From contig CAZLTB010000001.1 in the NCBI GenBank assembly GCA_964562505.1, positions 2,024-66,023 on the forward strand: 64,000 nucleotides of DNA, read 5' to 3'. The notes beneath the pieces were generated by a model that was given only the letters and a program-made list of their open reading frames with translations, was not told where the DNA came from and ran no database searches. This DNA comes from an uncultured Candidatus Saccharibacteria bacterium. Lineage in GTDB: Bacteria; Patescibacteriota; Saccharimonadia; Saccharimonadales; CAZLTB01. Shown here in pieces: positions 1-9,946 of this stretch (within the stretch, counting starts at the first letter, position 1; each line of letters opens with the position of its first letter). A program made the translations under genes and the position numbers.

Positions 1-988
1 GACAGTCGGAAGCGGAGACTTATTCCAGGTAGCTTCCAATGGCAACCTGACATCATCCAATGCCGGCACCTGGACATTCTCTAACGACACCAACTTTGCC
101 TTAACTGGCGGAGTTAACGGACTAAGCCTAGACGGAACAACATTCTCCGTAGATTCAACCAACCATAGGGTGGGTATTGGTGATGCTACACCAGTAGCCC
201 TGTTCACGGTTGGTACTAGCGATGCCTTCCAAGTAGATAGCTCAGGCAACGTAATTGGTCTGGCTGCTAACTTATCAGGCGCCAGTGCGCTAACACTCGG
301 TTCTACTTCAAATATTGGCGCTATACTTCTAAAAGATGGTACAGCCAGCGGAACCCTAACCCTTAATGTTGCTAACTTGTCGGACTATACTTTGACATTG
401 CCTACTAGCGCCGGATCTGCGAACGATTGTCTAAAAAATTCTGGTACCCCTGGTGCTTTGACATTCGGCGGTTGTGGTGGTGCTTCAGGCCTGACAAAAC
501 ACATAATCCTGACTGCTGAATACGGTGGAGCAGTGCTTGACGCTGATGGAGCTAATAACACCGGTACAATGACCAGCGCCATTGATACTGCCGCCTTCAG
601 CAGCAAGGGCGAGCATTATTACAACTGGACAACTTCTCAGGGTTCTAACCAGGATTACGATATTGTGGTGCAGATCCCAATTCCCAGCGACTTTAGTGCC
701 TGGAGTGGAACTAATCCGTTTACCATTGATGTTTGGACAAGTGACACCACTAACGGCACCACTACCGCTAAGGTCACCGACACCAACGGCACAGCTGCTA
801 CCAACTGGAACACCTGCTCACTGACACCAGGATCAGCGAGTACCTGGACTGCCTCTACGGGCTGTGTTATTACCGGTGGTACCTGGACGGCCAACAACAC
901 ATTCATAATGAGATTCCACGTTCAAGCACCAAACGCTGGCAATACCCGCATTGGTAAAATTGATCTAAGCTATACGGCGGCATACTAA
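1..988 (+). CDS. C-terminal part of a large Gly/Ser/Thr-rich surface or fibre protein (5' end outside the window)
   Basis: The frame of ORF 170..988 stays open back to position 2 (TVGSGDLFQVASNGN...HRVGIGDATP). It has beta-rich VGIG/LFQV repeats and a globular C-terminal domain (LTAEYGGAVLDADG...QDYDIVVQ). Confidence 0.8.
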   Translation, partial: TVGSGDLFQVASNGNLTSSNAGTWTFSNDTNFALTGGVNGLSLDGTTFSVDSTNHRVGIGDATPVALFTVGTSDAFQVDSSGNVIGLAANLSGASALTLGSTSNIGAILLKDGTASGTLTLNVANLSDYTLTLPTSAGSANDCLKNSGTPGALTFGGCGGASGLTKHIILTAEYGGAVLDADGANNTGTMTSAIDTAAFSSKGEHYYNWTTSQGSNQDYDIVVQIPIPSDFSAWSGTNPFTIDVWTSDTTNGTTTAKVTDTNGTAATNWNTCSLTPGSASTWTASTGCVITGGTWTANNTFIMRFHVQAPNAGNTRIGKIDLSYTAAY

Positions 989-991
989 ACT

Positions 992-3900
992 ATGGAACAG
1001 TTTCCTAACGCACGTACGATCCACTTGACTCAGACCTCTTCTCGCCGTCACAAACGTCTTAGCTTGAGACGTATTCTAAATCGTATACTTAGCAGCTCAT
1101 TCACTTTGACACTATTTATATTAGTGTTAGCTATAGCATTGTCTCCCATATTGGATATGGCCATGTTAGAGTCTCGCTATGACCTAAAACCTGCTGTTAA
1201 AGTACTTGATTCCGTTAACTCTAAGCTAGCAAGCAAAATTACCTATGATCCATCAAAACAGATCTATCAATTCAATAAAGACGCTGCAAACCAAACAGAT
1301 CAATCTGGTCCACATCAACGATTGGGTGGGGAAGACGGTAGCAGTGGTCTATATGGAGTTGATTTTAGCGTTGACCCATCAAAGGGCATTACTATCCATG
1401 ATGCTGAATCTAAAATTGATATGTCTTTCGTTCCTCAGTTTAAGACAGAGGATGGCAAGCTCAAAGACGGGCGGTTGGTCTATCCTCTTAAAGATGCGAA
1501 CGGCCAAATGGTCTATTCTCTGACAGGCGTTGGCCCTAAAGAAGACCTAGTCCTAAAATCTTCAAGCAAAGATACTCAGACTTTCAACTATCTACTGAAT
1601 CTACCCAATAGCCTAGAAGCTAGAATGTTGCCAGGCGGAGCGGTAGGTATCTATAGTGCTGACCCAGCACTATTCGGAAATATTAGTTATGGTTCAGACA
1701 AAGATCAGCAAAAAGTTGAAGCAGCTCGCCAAAACGGCCAAAAAACCCATTTAACTTTCATAATCCCAGCTCCCATCATTAAACAAGCAGGTGGCAAAGA
1801 ATCTACGGCTAAAGCCAAATTTGAACTAAACAAAAACACTCTGTCAGTAAAGGCAACAGGCCTAAAGAAAGCTACCTACCCCTTAAGTATTGACCCTAGT
1901 TTTGTGGTGAATAGTGCGGCAAGCTGGGCACTTGGTAATAATGAAAGTGGAACGGACTTTGACACTAGTAATAATTTGATAAAGAGGGGTGCAGTGACTG
2001 GAGGTACGGTGGGGAGCTGGACAACTGACGGTGACAGCTTTACTACAGCCCGCCACACACACACAACAGTTGCCTATAACGGCTACATATACGTCATTGG
2101 TGGCTGTAGTGCCGGCAGTGACGGCAACTGCAACACTTTCCAAAACGATGTGCAGTATGCGGCCATAAACTCCGATGGCTCGATCGGAAGTTTTAGTAGT
2201 ACCACAGCTTTTACTACAGCTCGTTACTTCCATACCAGCGTGGTTTACAATGGTTATTTATATGTAATAGGTGGATGTAGTGCTGGTAACGCCTGCGCCT
2301 CCTCAGGATTACAAAATGACGTACAATATGCCAAGATCAATTCTAACGGTACGGTCGGTACATGGAACACCACTTCAACCTTTACTACTGCGCGGTTCGG
2401 CCACACGTCAGTAGCCTACAATGGTTATCTGTATATTTTAGGTGGCTGTAACGCGGTAAGTGGTGGCAACTGTACCTCAGCCGGTAGTCTCAATGACGTA
2501 CAATATGCCGCAATAAAGGGTGACGGTACAGTTGGCAGCTGGAGCGCTACTACAAGCTTTACCACAGGCAGATATGCCCATGGTAGTGTGGCATATAACG
2601 GTCACTTGTATGTTTTGGCAGGGTGTAGTGGTAGTGGTTGTAACGTGGAAAGTGACGTGCAGCACGCATCTACTAACTCGGATGGCACATTAAGTGCCTG
2701 GACGACTGATACAAAAAATCTTAACAACAGTCGCTGGGGATTTACAACTTATGTCTCAAATGGCTATATGTATGTAGCGGGAGGCTGTACTTCCTCAAGT
2801 CCGAATAACTGTGGCAACTCTAATAAGGTTGCAGATGTTCAATACGCACCCATAAACAGTGACGGTTCGGTCGGTGGTAATGTTGATTGGACTTTTACCA
2901 CTAGCTTTTCTACTGGCAGGCATACACAGTCTGGCGCTTTTTATAATGGCTACCTGTACGTTTTAGGCGGGTGTAGCCTTGGTGCTTGCGGTACCTTTCA
3001 AAATGATGTCCAATACTCTAAGGTCGATACGGCCGGGACGGTTAAGGCCTGGACGTCAACAACCGCCTTCACTACGGCTCGCTATGGCCATGCTAGCGTG
3101 GCATATAACGGCTTCCTTTATGTCTACGGCGGTTGTAGTGCTAGCACCAGCGGCAACTGCTCGACCTTCAGCGCTGCCGGCCAAAAAGCTGCTATAGCCT
3201 CTGATGGTACAGTAGGCACTTGGAGCTCTTCCGGAATCACCGCTTTCACGACCGCCCGTTATGGTCACGTTGCTTTGGCCTACAATGGCTTCATGTATGT
3301 TATTGGCGGTTGTAGCGCTAACACCAGCGCCGGTTGCTCAACCTTTCAAGCCGGGGTGCAGAAGGCTGCTATTGCCGCCGACGGCACGATAGGCAGCTGG
3401 AGCGCAACTACTGCTTTTACGACTGCCCGTTACGGCCACACTGCATTAGTTTATAACGGTTTCATGTATGTTATTGGGGGTTGTAGTGCCAGCACCAGCG
3501 GCAATTGCTCAACCTTTAATAACGACGTTCAATACAATACCATTAACTCTGACGGTACCTTGGGCGGTACATGGAGCACTACAAATACCTTTTCTACCGC
3601 ACGTTATGGTCATTCGAGCGTCGTAGCTAGAGGCTATCTATACGTTATCGGAGGCTGTAGCGCCGATACCAGCGCCGGCTGCTCAACCTTTAATAACGAC
3701 GTTCAAAAAGCTCTTATTGATTCTAGTGGAACCGTTGGCACATGGAGTAGCACGACTAGCTTCACCACTGCCCGTTATTGGCAATCTGCGGTTGCCGAGA
3801 AGGGCTACCTATATGTTTTGGGTGGCTGTAGCGCGGCAACTAGTGGCAACTGTTCTACTTTTCAAAACGATGTCCAGTATGCGTTAATAAATTCGGATGG

Positions 3901-5518
3901 CACTCTTGGCAGCTGGAGTACAACCAGCAGTTTTACCACGGCTAGCTACGGCCTTTTTTCGGTGGCAGTCGGTGGATATCTGTACGCAATCGGTGGCTGC
4001 AGTGCCGACACCAGCGCCGGCTGCTCGACCTTTCAGAGTAGTGTCCAATACGCCCTTATAAATAATGGCGGAACGGGTCAAATTGGGTCGTTTAATGGCA
4101 CAACTACCCTGTCAAACCGTGCCGGCCATGCCTCAGTTGCCTATAATGGCTATCTCTATGTAACTGGTGGCTGTAGCAGCACATCATCAGGGGCTTCATG
4201 TTCCACCATGAACAATGATGTCCAATATGCGGCTATTGACTATCTAGGCAATGTAGGTAGTTGGGGCAGCGCTGGCAATACCTTCTCAACTGCCAGATTT
4301 GACCATACGGCTGTGGCTTACAAAGGCTATCTGTACATACTTGGAGGTTGTGATACCACAACAACCTCGAATGGTACCCACTGTAATGGCTACCGTAGCG
4401 ATGTTCAAAAAGCCGCTTTTAACTCCAATGGTACTATCGGTACCTTCAGCTCAACTTCCAGTTTTACAACCGCTCGCTTTGGACATGCCTCTGCTGCCTA
4501 TAACGGTTATATGTACGTTTTTGGCGGGTGCAGTGGAACGGCTAACGATGGCACCTATTGTGCCTCCGGTCAATTCTTAAGTGACGTCCAAAAAGCCGCT
4601 ATTAATTCTGATGGTACCTTGGGAAGCTTTAGCTCCACTACTTCGTTTACAACCAGCAGAGTCGGTTTAGCAGGTTTGGCCTACAATGGCTACATCTACG
4701 TTTTAGGCGGCTGCAGTGCTGCTGACAAGTGGTGCACTACATTTCTGGCCGATGTGCAATTCGCACCATTAAATTCCGACGGCACCGTTGGAACCTGGGC
4801 CTACACCAACAACTTCGCAACGGGCCGCTTTCTTCATAATGCAGTGGCAACCAATGGTTTTATCATCCTTAGTGCTGGTTGTAGCACTGCGGCCAGTCAA
4901 AACTGCACCACACTCAATAGCGATGTTCAAACGGTACCGATCAACTCTAACGGCACCTTAGGGTCTTGGGCTACCGTCTTTTCTTTAGCCAACGCAAAAG
5001 CAGGGGCCAGCATGGCCTATTACAATGGTTTTCTTTACTCTACGTGTGGGTGCACAGGCTTTACCGGTACCATACCACACTGCAATAATTTCACGGGCGA
5101 AATACGATCTAGCTCTCGCTTTGAGGTTATCTCCAGAACAGCAATCTATTCGAGATTGTTTGATGCCGAAGGCGACGCTAGCGCGACTAAGTGGTACTGG
5201 AAGGGAACTTTATTAAATAGTAATGGCCTGCTAAGACTGACCTACAAATCAGCACCTGATTCAACAGACGCGTTTGGATCTGCTACAACTCCGACTCTTC
5301 CTGCCAGTGGGGTACTGGATCTATTCTCAGTTCCGGAGATGCGATATAATTGGCTATTCTTCACGATTGACGATACTGATGCATCGGCCTTTCCTGATAG
5401 TCAATCAACCATGACAAATATCGAGCTGTTTTATCATCCGGCTCCAGCAAGGCGCCTACGTGGGGGTAAAACCTTTACCGGTGGATCACAACAGAGCCTT
5501 GATGCAACCCCGAACTAA
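992..5518 (+). CDS. 1508-aa membrane-anchored surface protein with 18 Cys-paired Kelch-like repeats
   Basis: Basic N-terminus, one TM helix, a beta domain ending YPLSIDP, then 18 repeats of about 57 aa with consensus FTTARxGHxxVAYNGYLYVIGGC...C...DVQYAxINSDGTxGxW. Confidence 0.88.
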   Translation: MEQFPNARTIHLTQTSSRRHKRLSLRRILNRILSSSFTLTLFILVLAIALSPILDMAMLESRYDLKPAVKVLDSVNSKLASKITYDPSKQIYQFNKDAANQTDQSGPHQRLGGEDGSSGLYGVDFSVDPSKGITIHDAESKIDMSFVPQFKTEDGKLKDGRLVYPLKDANGQMVYSLTGVGPKEDLVLKSSSKDTQTFNYLLNLPNSLEARMLPGGAVGIYSADPALFGNISYGSDKDQQKVEAARQNGQKTHLTFIIPAPIIKQAGGKESTAKAKFELNKNTLSVKATGLKKATYPLSIDPSFVVNSAASWALGNNESGTDFDTSNNLIKRGAVTGGTVGSWTTDGDSFTTARHTHTTVAYNGYIYVIGGCSAGSDGNCNTFQNDVQYAAINSDGSIGSFSSTTAFTTARYFHTSVVYNGYLYVIGGCSAGNACASSGLQNDVQYAKINSNGTVGTWNTTSTFTTARFGHTSVAYNGYLYILGGCNAVSGGNCTSAGSLNDVQYAAIKGDGTVGSWSATTSFTTGRYAHGSVAYNGHLYVLAGCSGSGCNVESDVQHASTNSDGTLSAWTTDTKNLNNSRWGFTTYVSNGYMYVAGGCTSSSPNNCGNSNKVADVQYAPINSDGSVGGNVDWTFTTSFSTGRHTQSGAFYNGYLYVLGGCSLGACGTFQNDVQYSKVDTAGTVKAWTSTTAFTTARYGHASVAYNGFLYVYGGCSASTSGNCSTFSAAGQKAAIASDGTVGTWSSSGITAFTTARYGHVALAYNGFMYVIGGCSANTSAGCSTFQAGVQKAAIAADGTIGSWSATTAFTTARYGHTALVYNGFMYVIGGCSASTSGNCSTFNNDVQYNTINSDGTLGGTWSTTNTFSTARYGHSSVVARGYLYVIGGCSADTSAGCSTFNNDVQKALIDSSGTVGTWSSTTSFTTARYWQSAVAEKGYLYVLGGCSAATSGNCSTFQNDVQYALINSDGTLGSWSTTSSFTTASYGLFSVAVGGYLYAIGGCSADTSAGCSTFQSSVQYALINNGGTGQIGSFNGTTTLSNRAGHASVAYNGYLYVTGGCSSTSSGASCSTMNNDVQYAAIDYLGNVGSWGSAGNTFSTARFDHTAVAYKGYLYILGGCDTTTTSNGTHCNGYRSDVQKAAFNSNGTIGTFSSTSSFTTARFGHASAAYNGYMYVFGGCSGTANDGTYCASGQFLSDVQKAAINSDGTLGSFSSTTSFTTSRVGLAGLAYNGYIYVLGGCSAADKWCTTFLADVQFAPLNSDGTVGTWAYTNNFATGRFLHNAVATNGFIILSAGCSTAASQNCTTLNSDVQTVPINSNGTLGSWATVFSLANAKAGASMAYYNGFLYSTCGCTGFTGTIPHCNNFTGEIRSSSRFEVISRTAIYSRLFDAEGDASATKWYWKGTLLNSNGLLRLTYKSAPDSTDAFGSATTPTLPASGVLDLFSVPEMRYNWLFFTIDDTDASAFPDSQSTMTNIELFYHPAPARRLRGGKTFTGGSQQSLDATPN

Positions 5519-5709
5519 GCATTTTAGCTATGTCGCAAAATATCTGTGCCGATAAAAAACGAGCATTATCGAGGCGTGACTAAGAAACCAGAGACAATGT
5601 TATCTAGGAGCCTGAAATTACTAGCAGGATAATACTAGTTAGTCTATGCTGTCCCTAGTTTACTGTTCAAGTATTCAATGCTAGGCTATGGACAAGGGAA
5701 AAGATAAAC

Positions 5710-6468
5710 ATGGCCAATATAATTGCAATATTGAACCAAAAGGGTGGGGTAGGTAAAACGACCACAGCTATTAATCTGGCAGCTTATCTGGCGAAAAGCG
5801 GCAAACAGGTACTAATCATAGACTTTGATCCGCAAGGTAACGCTACCAGTGGCATGGGCGTTGATAAACGTTCACAGGAACAGACTAGCTACGAATTGTT
5901 ATTTGGACATACTACTCTTGATAAAGCCGTGAAAGAAACAGATATCAATAATCTGTATATATTACCAGCCAATGCCAGTCTTGTGGCAGCTGAGGTAGAG
6001 CTTGTCGACAAAGAAGACAGGGAAACAAGGCTTAAAAGTGCACTAAAGGCCATTGACTATGATTTTGTACTTATTGATTGTCCTCCGGCCCTGGGCCTTT
6101 TGACTATCAATGCCCTGGCGGCAGCCAGTCTAGTCTTAATCCCTGTGCAAGCCGAGTACTATGCGCTAGAGGGCTTAAGCCAGTTGCTTGAGGTAGTGCA
6201 GCGAGTACGCCAAGGGTTGAATACTGATCTTGAGATTCTCGGAGTCTTAGTTACGATGTACGACAGTCGTACAAGCCTGTCGGAACAGGTGTATGATGAG
6301 CTTAGCGCGCATTTTGGAGACAAGGTATTTAAAACTATTATTCCGCGTAACGTGCGCCTAGCGGAAGCTCCCAGCTTCGGCAAACCAATCGCCGAACACG
6401 ACAAATGGTCCAAGGGAGCAAGAGCTTATAAACAGTTAGCCAAAGAGGTAATAGGGAGAACGAGTTGA
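5710..6468 (+). CDS. parA: Chromosome partitioning ATPase ParA/Soj
   Basis: Deviant Walker A NQKGGVGKTTT, DFDPQGN, IDCPP and IPRNVRLAEAPS. Confidence 0.97.
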   Translation: MANIIAILNQKGGVGKTTTAINLAAYLAKSGKQVLIIDFDPQGNATSGMGVDKRSQEQTSYELLFGHTTLDKAVKETDINNLYILPANASLVAAEVELVDKEDRETRLKSALKAIDYDFVLIDCPPALGLLTINALAAASLVLIPVQAEYYALEGLSQLLEVVQRVRQGLNTDLEILGVLVTMYDSRTSLSEQVYDELSAHFGDKVFKTIIPRNVRLAEAPSFGKPIAEHDKWSKGARAYKQLAKEVIGRTS

Positions 6469-7337
6469 TGGCTGAGAAATCACGGGGTCTGGGCAGAGGG
6501 TTTGACTCACTGATTCCAAACGATTTTGACGAGACCATCTTGCTTGATAGCGAAGACCGGATACAGAAGCTGCCTCTCGGCGACGTAAAGCCTAATAACA
6601 AGCAGCCACGTCGAAGCTTTGATAAAACCGCCATAGAAGAACTAGCCACTTCAATTAAAAGATATGGCGTGCTGCAACCGCTGATCGTATCTCCTATTCA
6701 AGGCGGAAAATACGAACTGGTGGCAGGTGAAAGGCGTTGGCGTGCAGCCCAGATAGCAGGCCTCGATAAAATCCCCGCAATAGTGCGAAAACGAGAGGAA
6801 TTAGAACGTTTAGAGGTGGCTCTGATCGAAAATGTACAACGAGTTGATCTGTCACCGCTTGAACAAGCCATTTCTATTGAACGATTACACCAGCAGTTTA
6901 ATATCTCTTACAAATCTATTGCCGAACGTCTTGGCAAGGCGCTTCCGACGATACATAACACTGTCCGACTTCTACAATTACCAGAAGCTGCTCTTGAAGC
7001 CTTGCAGAGCGGAAAGATTAGCGAAGGCCATGCCAGAGCTATCTTGGCTCTCAAAGAGCAGCCTGACGGCCAAAGCGATTTACTAGATCAGATCCTGAAA
7101 AAACAGTGGTCAGTGCGTCAAGCAGAGCAATATGTAGTTAGCTCTAGGCAGACTAAAACCGCTAAAGGCGTTTCGAAACACAAGTTAGAGCCAGAAACAC
7201 CAGCCACAAGGGTATTAGGTAAAAAGCTGGGAACAAAGGTCACTTTGCGCCGTATGGCCAAAGGAGGGCGTTTGGAAATTCACTATAAAGACGATAAAGA
7301 TCTAGAAAACCTCTTAAATAAGATATCTAAAAATTAA
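6468..7337 (+). CDS. parB: Chromosome partitioning protein ParB/Spo0J
   Basis: GLGRG N-terminus, AGERRWRAA arginine patch, ENVQRVDL; TGATG overlap with parA. Confidence 0.97.
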   Translation: MAEKSRGLGRGFDSLIPNDFDETILLDSEDRIQKLPLGDVKPNNKQPRRSFDKTAIEELATSIKRYGVLQPLIVSPIQGGKYELVAGERRWRAAQIAGLDKIPAIVRKREELERLEVALIENVQRVDLSPLEQAISIERLHQQFNISYKSIAERLGKALPTIHNTVRLLQLPEAALEALQSGKISEGHARAILALKEQPDGQSDLLDQILKKQWSVRQAEQYVVSSRQTKTAKGVSKHKLEPETPATRVLGKKLGTKVTLRRMAKGGRLEIHYKDDKDLENLLNKISKN

Positions 7338-7349
7338 TAATTGGACGAT

Positions 7350-8003
7350 CTAGAAAATTTCAGTCTTATTAACAGGCAACAGACGAACAACCAGTTTTCC
7401 TACCAGATCTTTAGCTGGTATGGGGCCAAATATGCGTGAGTCGAGCGAATTAGTTCTATTATCACCACAGACGAAAATTTGCCCTTCAGGCACGACCACA
7501 TCCACGTTTCCAGGGGTAAGTCTCTGCAAATTACCGTAGCCACCATTGGTGTCTGGATTAAAACCTTCCGGATGCTCTTCGTTATAAACAGTAATCTTAC
7601 CATCGGCCACCACCACATGTTCTCCAGGTAAGCCAATAACTCTTTTGATTAATTGCTTATCCGGTTGAGCCTCTCCAAATTCAGTCAGGCCGTGTTTAAC
7701 AAATATAACAATATCCCCACGCTTAGGAATATAAGCATGTTTGGTGACTTTTGCTACAGTTCTAGGAACCTTCAATACTATCAAGCGATCTTGATTCTGT
7801 AATGTGTTTTCCATACTTGGACCCTCGACTTCGTAAGACTGAAAAACGAATGCTGTCAGTGCTAATGCCAATAGAGGGGCGGCAACTAGAAGGGCAATGG
7901 TGGAGGCGGCTGTAAGCCAAGAGCGGTTTTTCCACGAATCACTACTTTCCTGCTCTTCAGGACCATAAGCAGGTGGCTGTGGTATAGTAGGAGATTGCTG
8001 CAT
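7350..8003 (-). CDS. lepB: Signal peptidase I
   Basis: GPSMENTL (catalytic Ser), LIKRVIGLPG (catalytic Lys), GDNRTNSLDSR; one N-terminal TM. Confidence 0.96.
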   Translation of the reverse strand: MQQSPTIPQPPAYGPEEQESSDSWKNRSWLTAASTIALLVAAPLLALALTAFVFQSYEVEGPSMENTLQNQDRLIVLKVPRTVAKVTKHAYIPKRGDIVIFVKHGLTEFGEAQPDKQLIKRVIGLPGEHVVVADGKITVYNEEHPEGFNPDTNGGYGNLQRLTPGNVDVVVPEGQIFVCGDNRTNSLDSRIFGPIPAKDLVGKLVVRLLPVNKTEIF

Positions 8004-8121
8004 ATTACAGATCTCAACTATACCCCACTTTGCAGCAAAGTACTAACCAAGTAATTTCAACAACCAGGCTTACTAAGTTTGTGCATAACCAGTATAATTA
8101 TTAAACGTATTTATTTTGCAG

Positions 8122-9762
8122 ATGGATGATTTTCGTAACAATAGACACAACAGTCGTAACTCAGGGTCAATAGACGGGTTCATAAGAAGCCGCAGTCGGC
8201 CTATTCCGTCTAAAAATTCTCCTGCTGCTAAAAGCCAAACTAGGACAACACTTGGTAATTTCAGAAACACTGACGGGTTCTATCCTGTATCTAGAAATGA
8301 ACTACCAACGCACGCCAAGCGAAGAGGCCGAAAGCCCTACAGAAATCCAGAAGGGCAGATTAGGCTCAGTATGGACGATCTGCCTCCTGTACCGAAGAAA
8401 AAAACCAAGAAATGGGCTAAAGTCGCGTTAAAAACCTTCGGTATACTTATTATAATCTCAGTGTTGCTCGGTGGAGCGCTGTTCGGTAAAGGCATACTTA
8501 AGGCACGGCAGATATTTAAAGGTGGCGGCGGGGCGGCAGCACTTCAAAAGAACGTTGATCCATCGCTCTTACGCGGGGAGGGTGACGGCCGTATTAACAT
8601 AATGTTACTGGGCAAAGGTGGTCCAGGACATGAAGGGGCTGATCTAACTGACACGATTTTAATTGCTAGCATTGATCCGATTCAAAAACAAGCGGCACTA
8701 CTGAGCATACCAAGAGACTTTTATATCAAGGTTAACGGTAGCTACACGAAGATTAATGCGGTATATGCTAATGCCAAAAATCAATCGCTAGCCAAAACTA
8801 GCACAAAGGATAAAGATAGAGCCCAGAAGGCTGAAGACGCTGGCCTAAACGCAGTTGATGACGCTGTAACATCCACCATTGGTATACCAATTCATTATCA
8901 TGTACTAGTGGACTTCACCGGATTTAAAGAGGCAATAGACACGGTCGGCGGTATTGATCTCAATGTTCCTAAGGAATTAGCGGTTAGTGAGCATATGTAT
9001 ATCGAAGGCCACGGTAGTTATTACTTAAATGTCGGGGCAGGTCAGCAGCATTTTGATGGTTTCAGGGCACTGGCATTTGCACGTACCCGGTATACCAGCG
9101 CTAGAGGTGATTTTGACCGGTCTGAAAGACAGCGATTAGTTCTAGTGGCGCTTAAGAGTAAAGTGTTCAGCGCAGGCACGTACGGTAATCCAGCCAAGAT
9201 TAATCAACTTATCAATGCTTTCGGTAACCACATTCAAGCTAATATGACCACAAACGAGGTATCAAGGCTGTATGACATAGGTAAGCAAATCGATAACAGC
9301 CAAGTTGTGTCTATCGGTCTAGCTGATCCACCCAATAACTACGTAATGACATCTTCAGTTAACGGCCTATCGGTAGTTATACCTCGAGCAGGACTCGGCA
9401 ACTATAAGGAAATTCAGAACTTCGTGCGAAATCGCCTGAAAGATAGTTTCCTGGCCAATGAAAATGCCAGCATAGAAGTACTTAATGGTACAACGATCCC
9501 CGGCTTGGCCACTAGGACAGCCGATGATCTTAAATCCTACGGGTACAACATTACCCAGATAGCCGATGCGCCCTCCAAGGGTTATGGGCAAACCACGATC
9601 GTCGATTTACGAAATGGAGCCAAAAAGTACACTAGACACTACTTAGAAAACCGTTTTAGCGTTAGTGCCGTAACCAGTCTGCCTGATAAGTCGATCATTC
9701 CAGGGAATGCTGATTTTGTTATAATACTTGGGCAAAATGAAGTTAGTCGTCTCGATAACTAA
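8122..9762 (+). CDS. LCP (LytR-CpsA-Psr) family glycopolymer transferase with C-terminal LytR_C domain
   Basis: INIMLLG, TDTILI, LSIPRD, KINAVY, ARTRY, DFDRSERQR; C-terminal VLNGTTIPGLA...ADFVIILG. ATG 8122 preferred over TTG 8116. Confidence 0.92.
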   Translation: MDDFRNNRHNSRNSGSIDGFIRSRSRPIPSKNSPAAKSQTRTTLGNFRNTDGFYPVSRNELPTHAKRRGRKPYRNPEGQIRLSMDDLPPVPKKKTKKWAKVALKTFGILIIISVLLGGALFGKGILKARQIFKGGGGAAALQKNVDPSLLRGEGDGRINIMLLGKGGPGHEGADLTDTILIASIDPIQKQAALLSIPRDFYIKVNGSYTKINAVYANAKNQSLAKTSTKDKDRAQKAEDAGLNAVDDAVTSTIGIPIHYHVLVDFTGFKEAIDTVGGIDLNVPKELAVSEHMYIEGHGSYYLNVGAGQQHFDGFRALAFARTRYTSARGDFDRSERQRLVLVALKSKVFSAGTYGNPAKINQLINAFGNHIQANMTTNEVSRLYDIGKQIDNSQVVSIGLADPPNNYVMTSSVNGLSVVIPRAGLGNYKEIQNFVRNRLKDSFLANENASIEVLNGTTIPGLATRTADDLKSYGYNITQIADAPSKGYGQTTIVDLRNGAKKYTRHYLENRFSVSAVTSLPDKSIIPGNADFVIILGQNEVSRLDN

Positions 9763-9763
9763 T

Positions 9764-9932
9764 CCCAAGCATCACACCGATCGGATCGCTTTTGGGCAAA
9801 GCCCAAAACTTTACCGATCTCTTGGCGCCAAATCTATTTTATTTCTGCGATTCTCACTCACCGTACTAACTGTACGACTCATTGCGATTCTCGAAAGTAA
9901 AATAGATTTTGCACCCAAGTGTGAAGCTTGGG
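9764..9932. repeat. 169-bp multibranch palindromic element (MITE/RPE-like or structured RNA)
   Basis: 14-bp terminal inverted repeat CCCAAGCATCACAC/GTGTGAAGCTTGGG with 1 mismatch. Internal stems GATCGG/CCGATC, TTTTGGGC/GCCCAAAA, AAATCTATTTTA/TAAAATAGATTT and CGTAC/GTACG. Confidence 0.75.
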
Positions 9933-9946
9933 TAAAAGCTTAGATT

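Noticed and set aside
2020-5110. Regularly spaced DNA repeats as a CRISPR array or DGR
   Set aside because: The repeats are in-frame, degenerate at third positions and encode protein blades; no cas or reverse transcriptase gene is present.
5519-5709. parS site or oriC next to parAB
   Set aside because: No TGTTTCACGTGAAACA-like palindrome or DnaA-box cluster seen; only a weak imperfect hairpin.
9728-9943. 71-aa ORF across the LCP 3' gap
   Set aside because: It has a TTG start inside the LCP gene and coincides with the palindromic element; no recognisable protein features.
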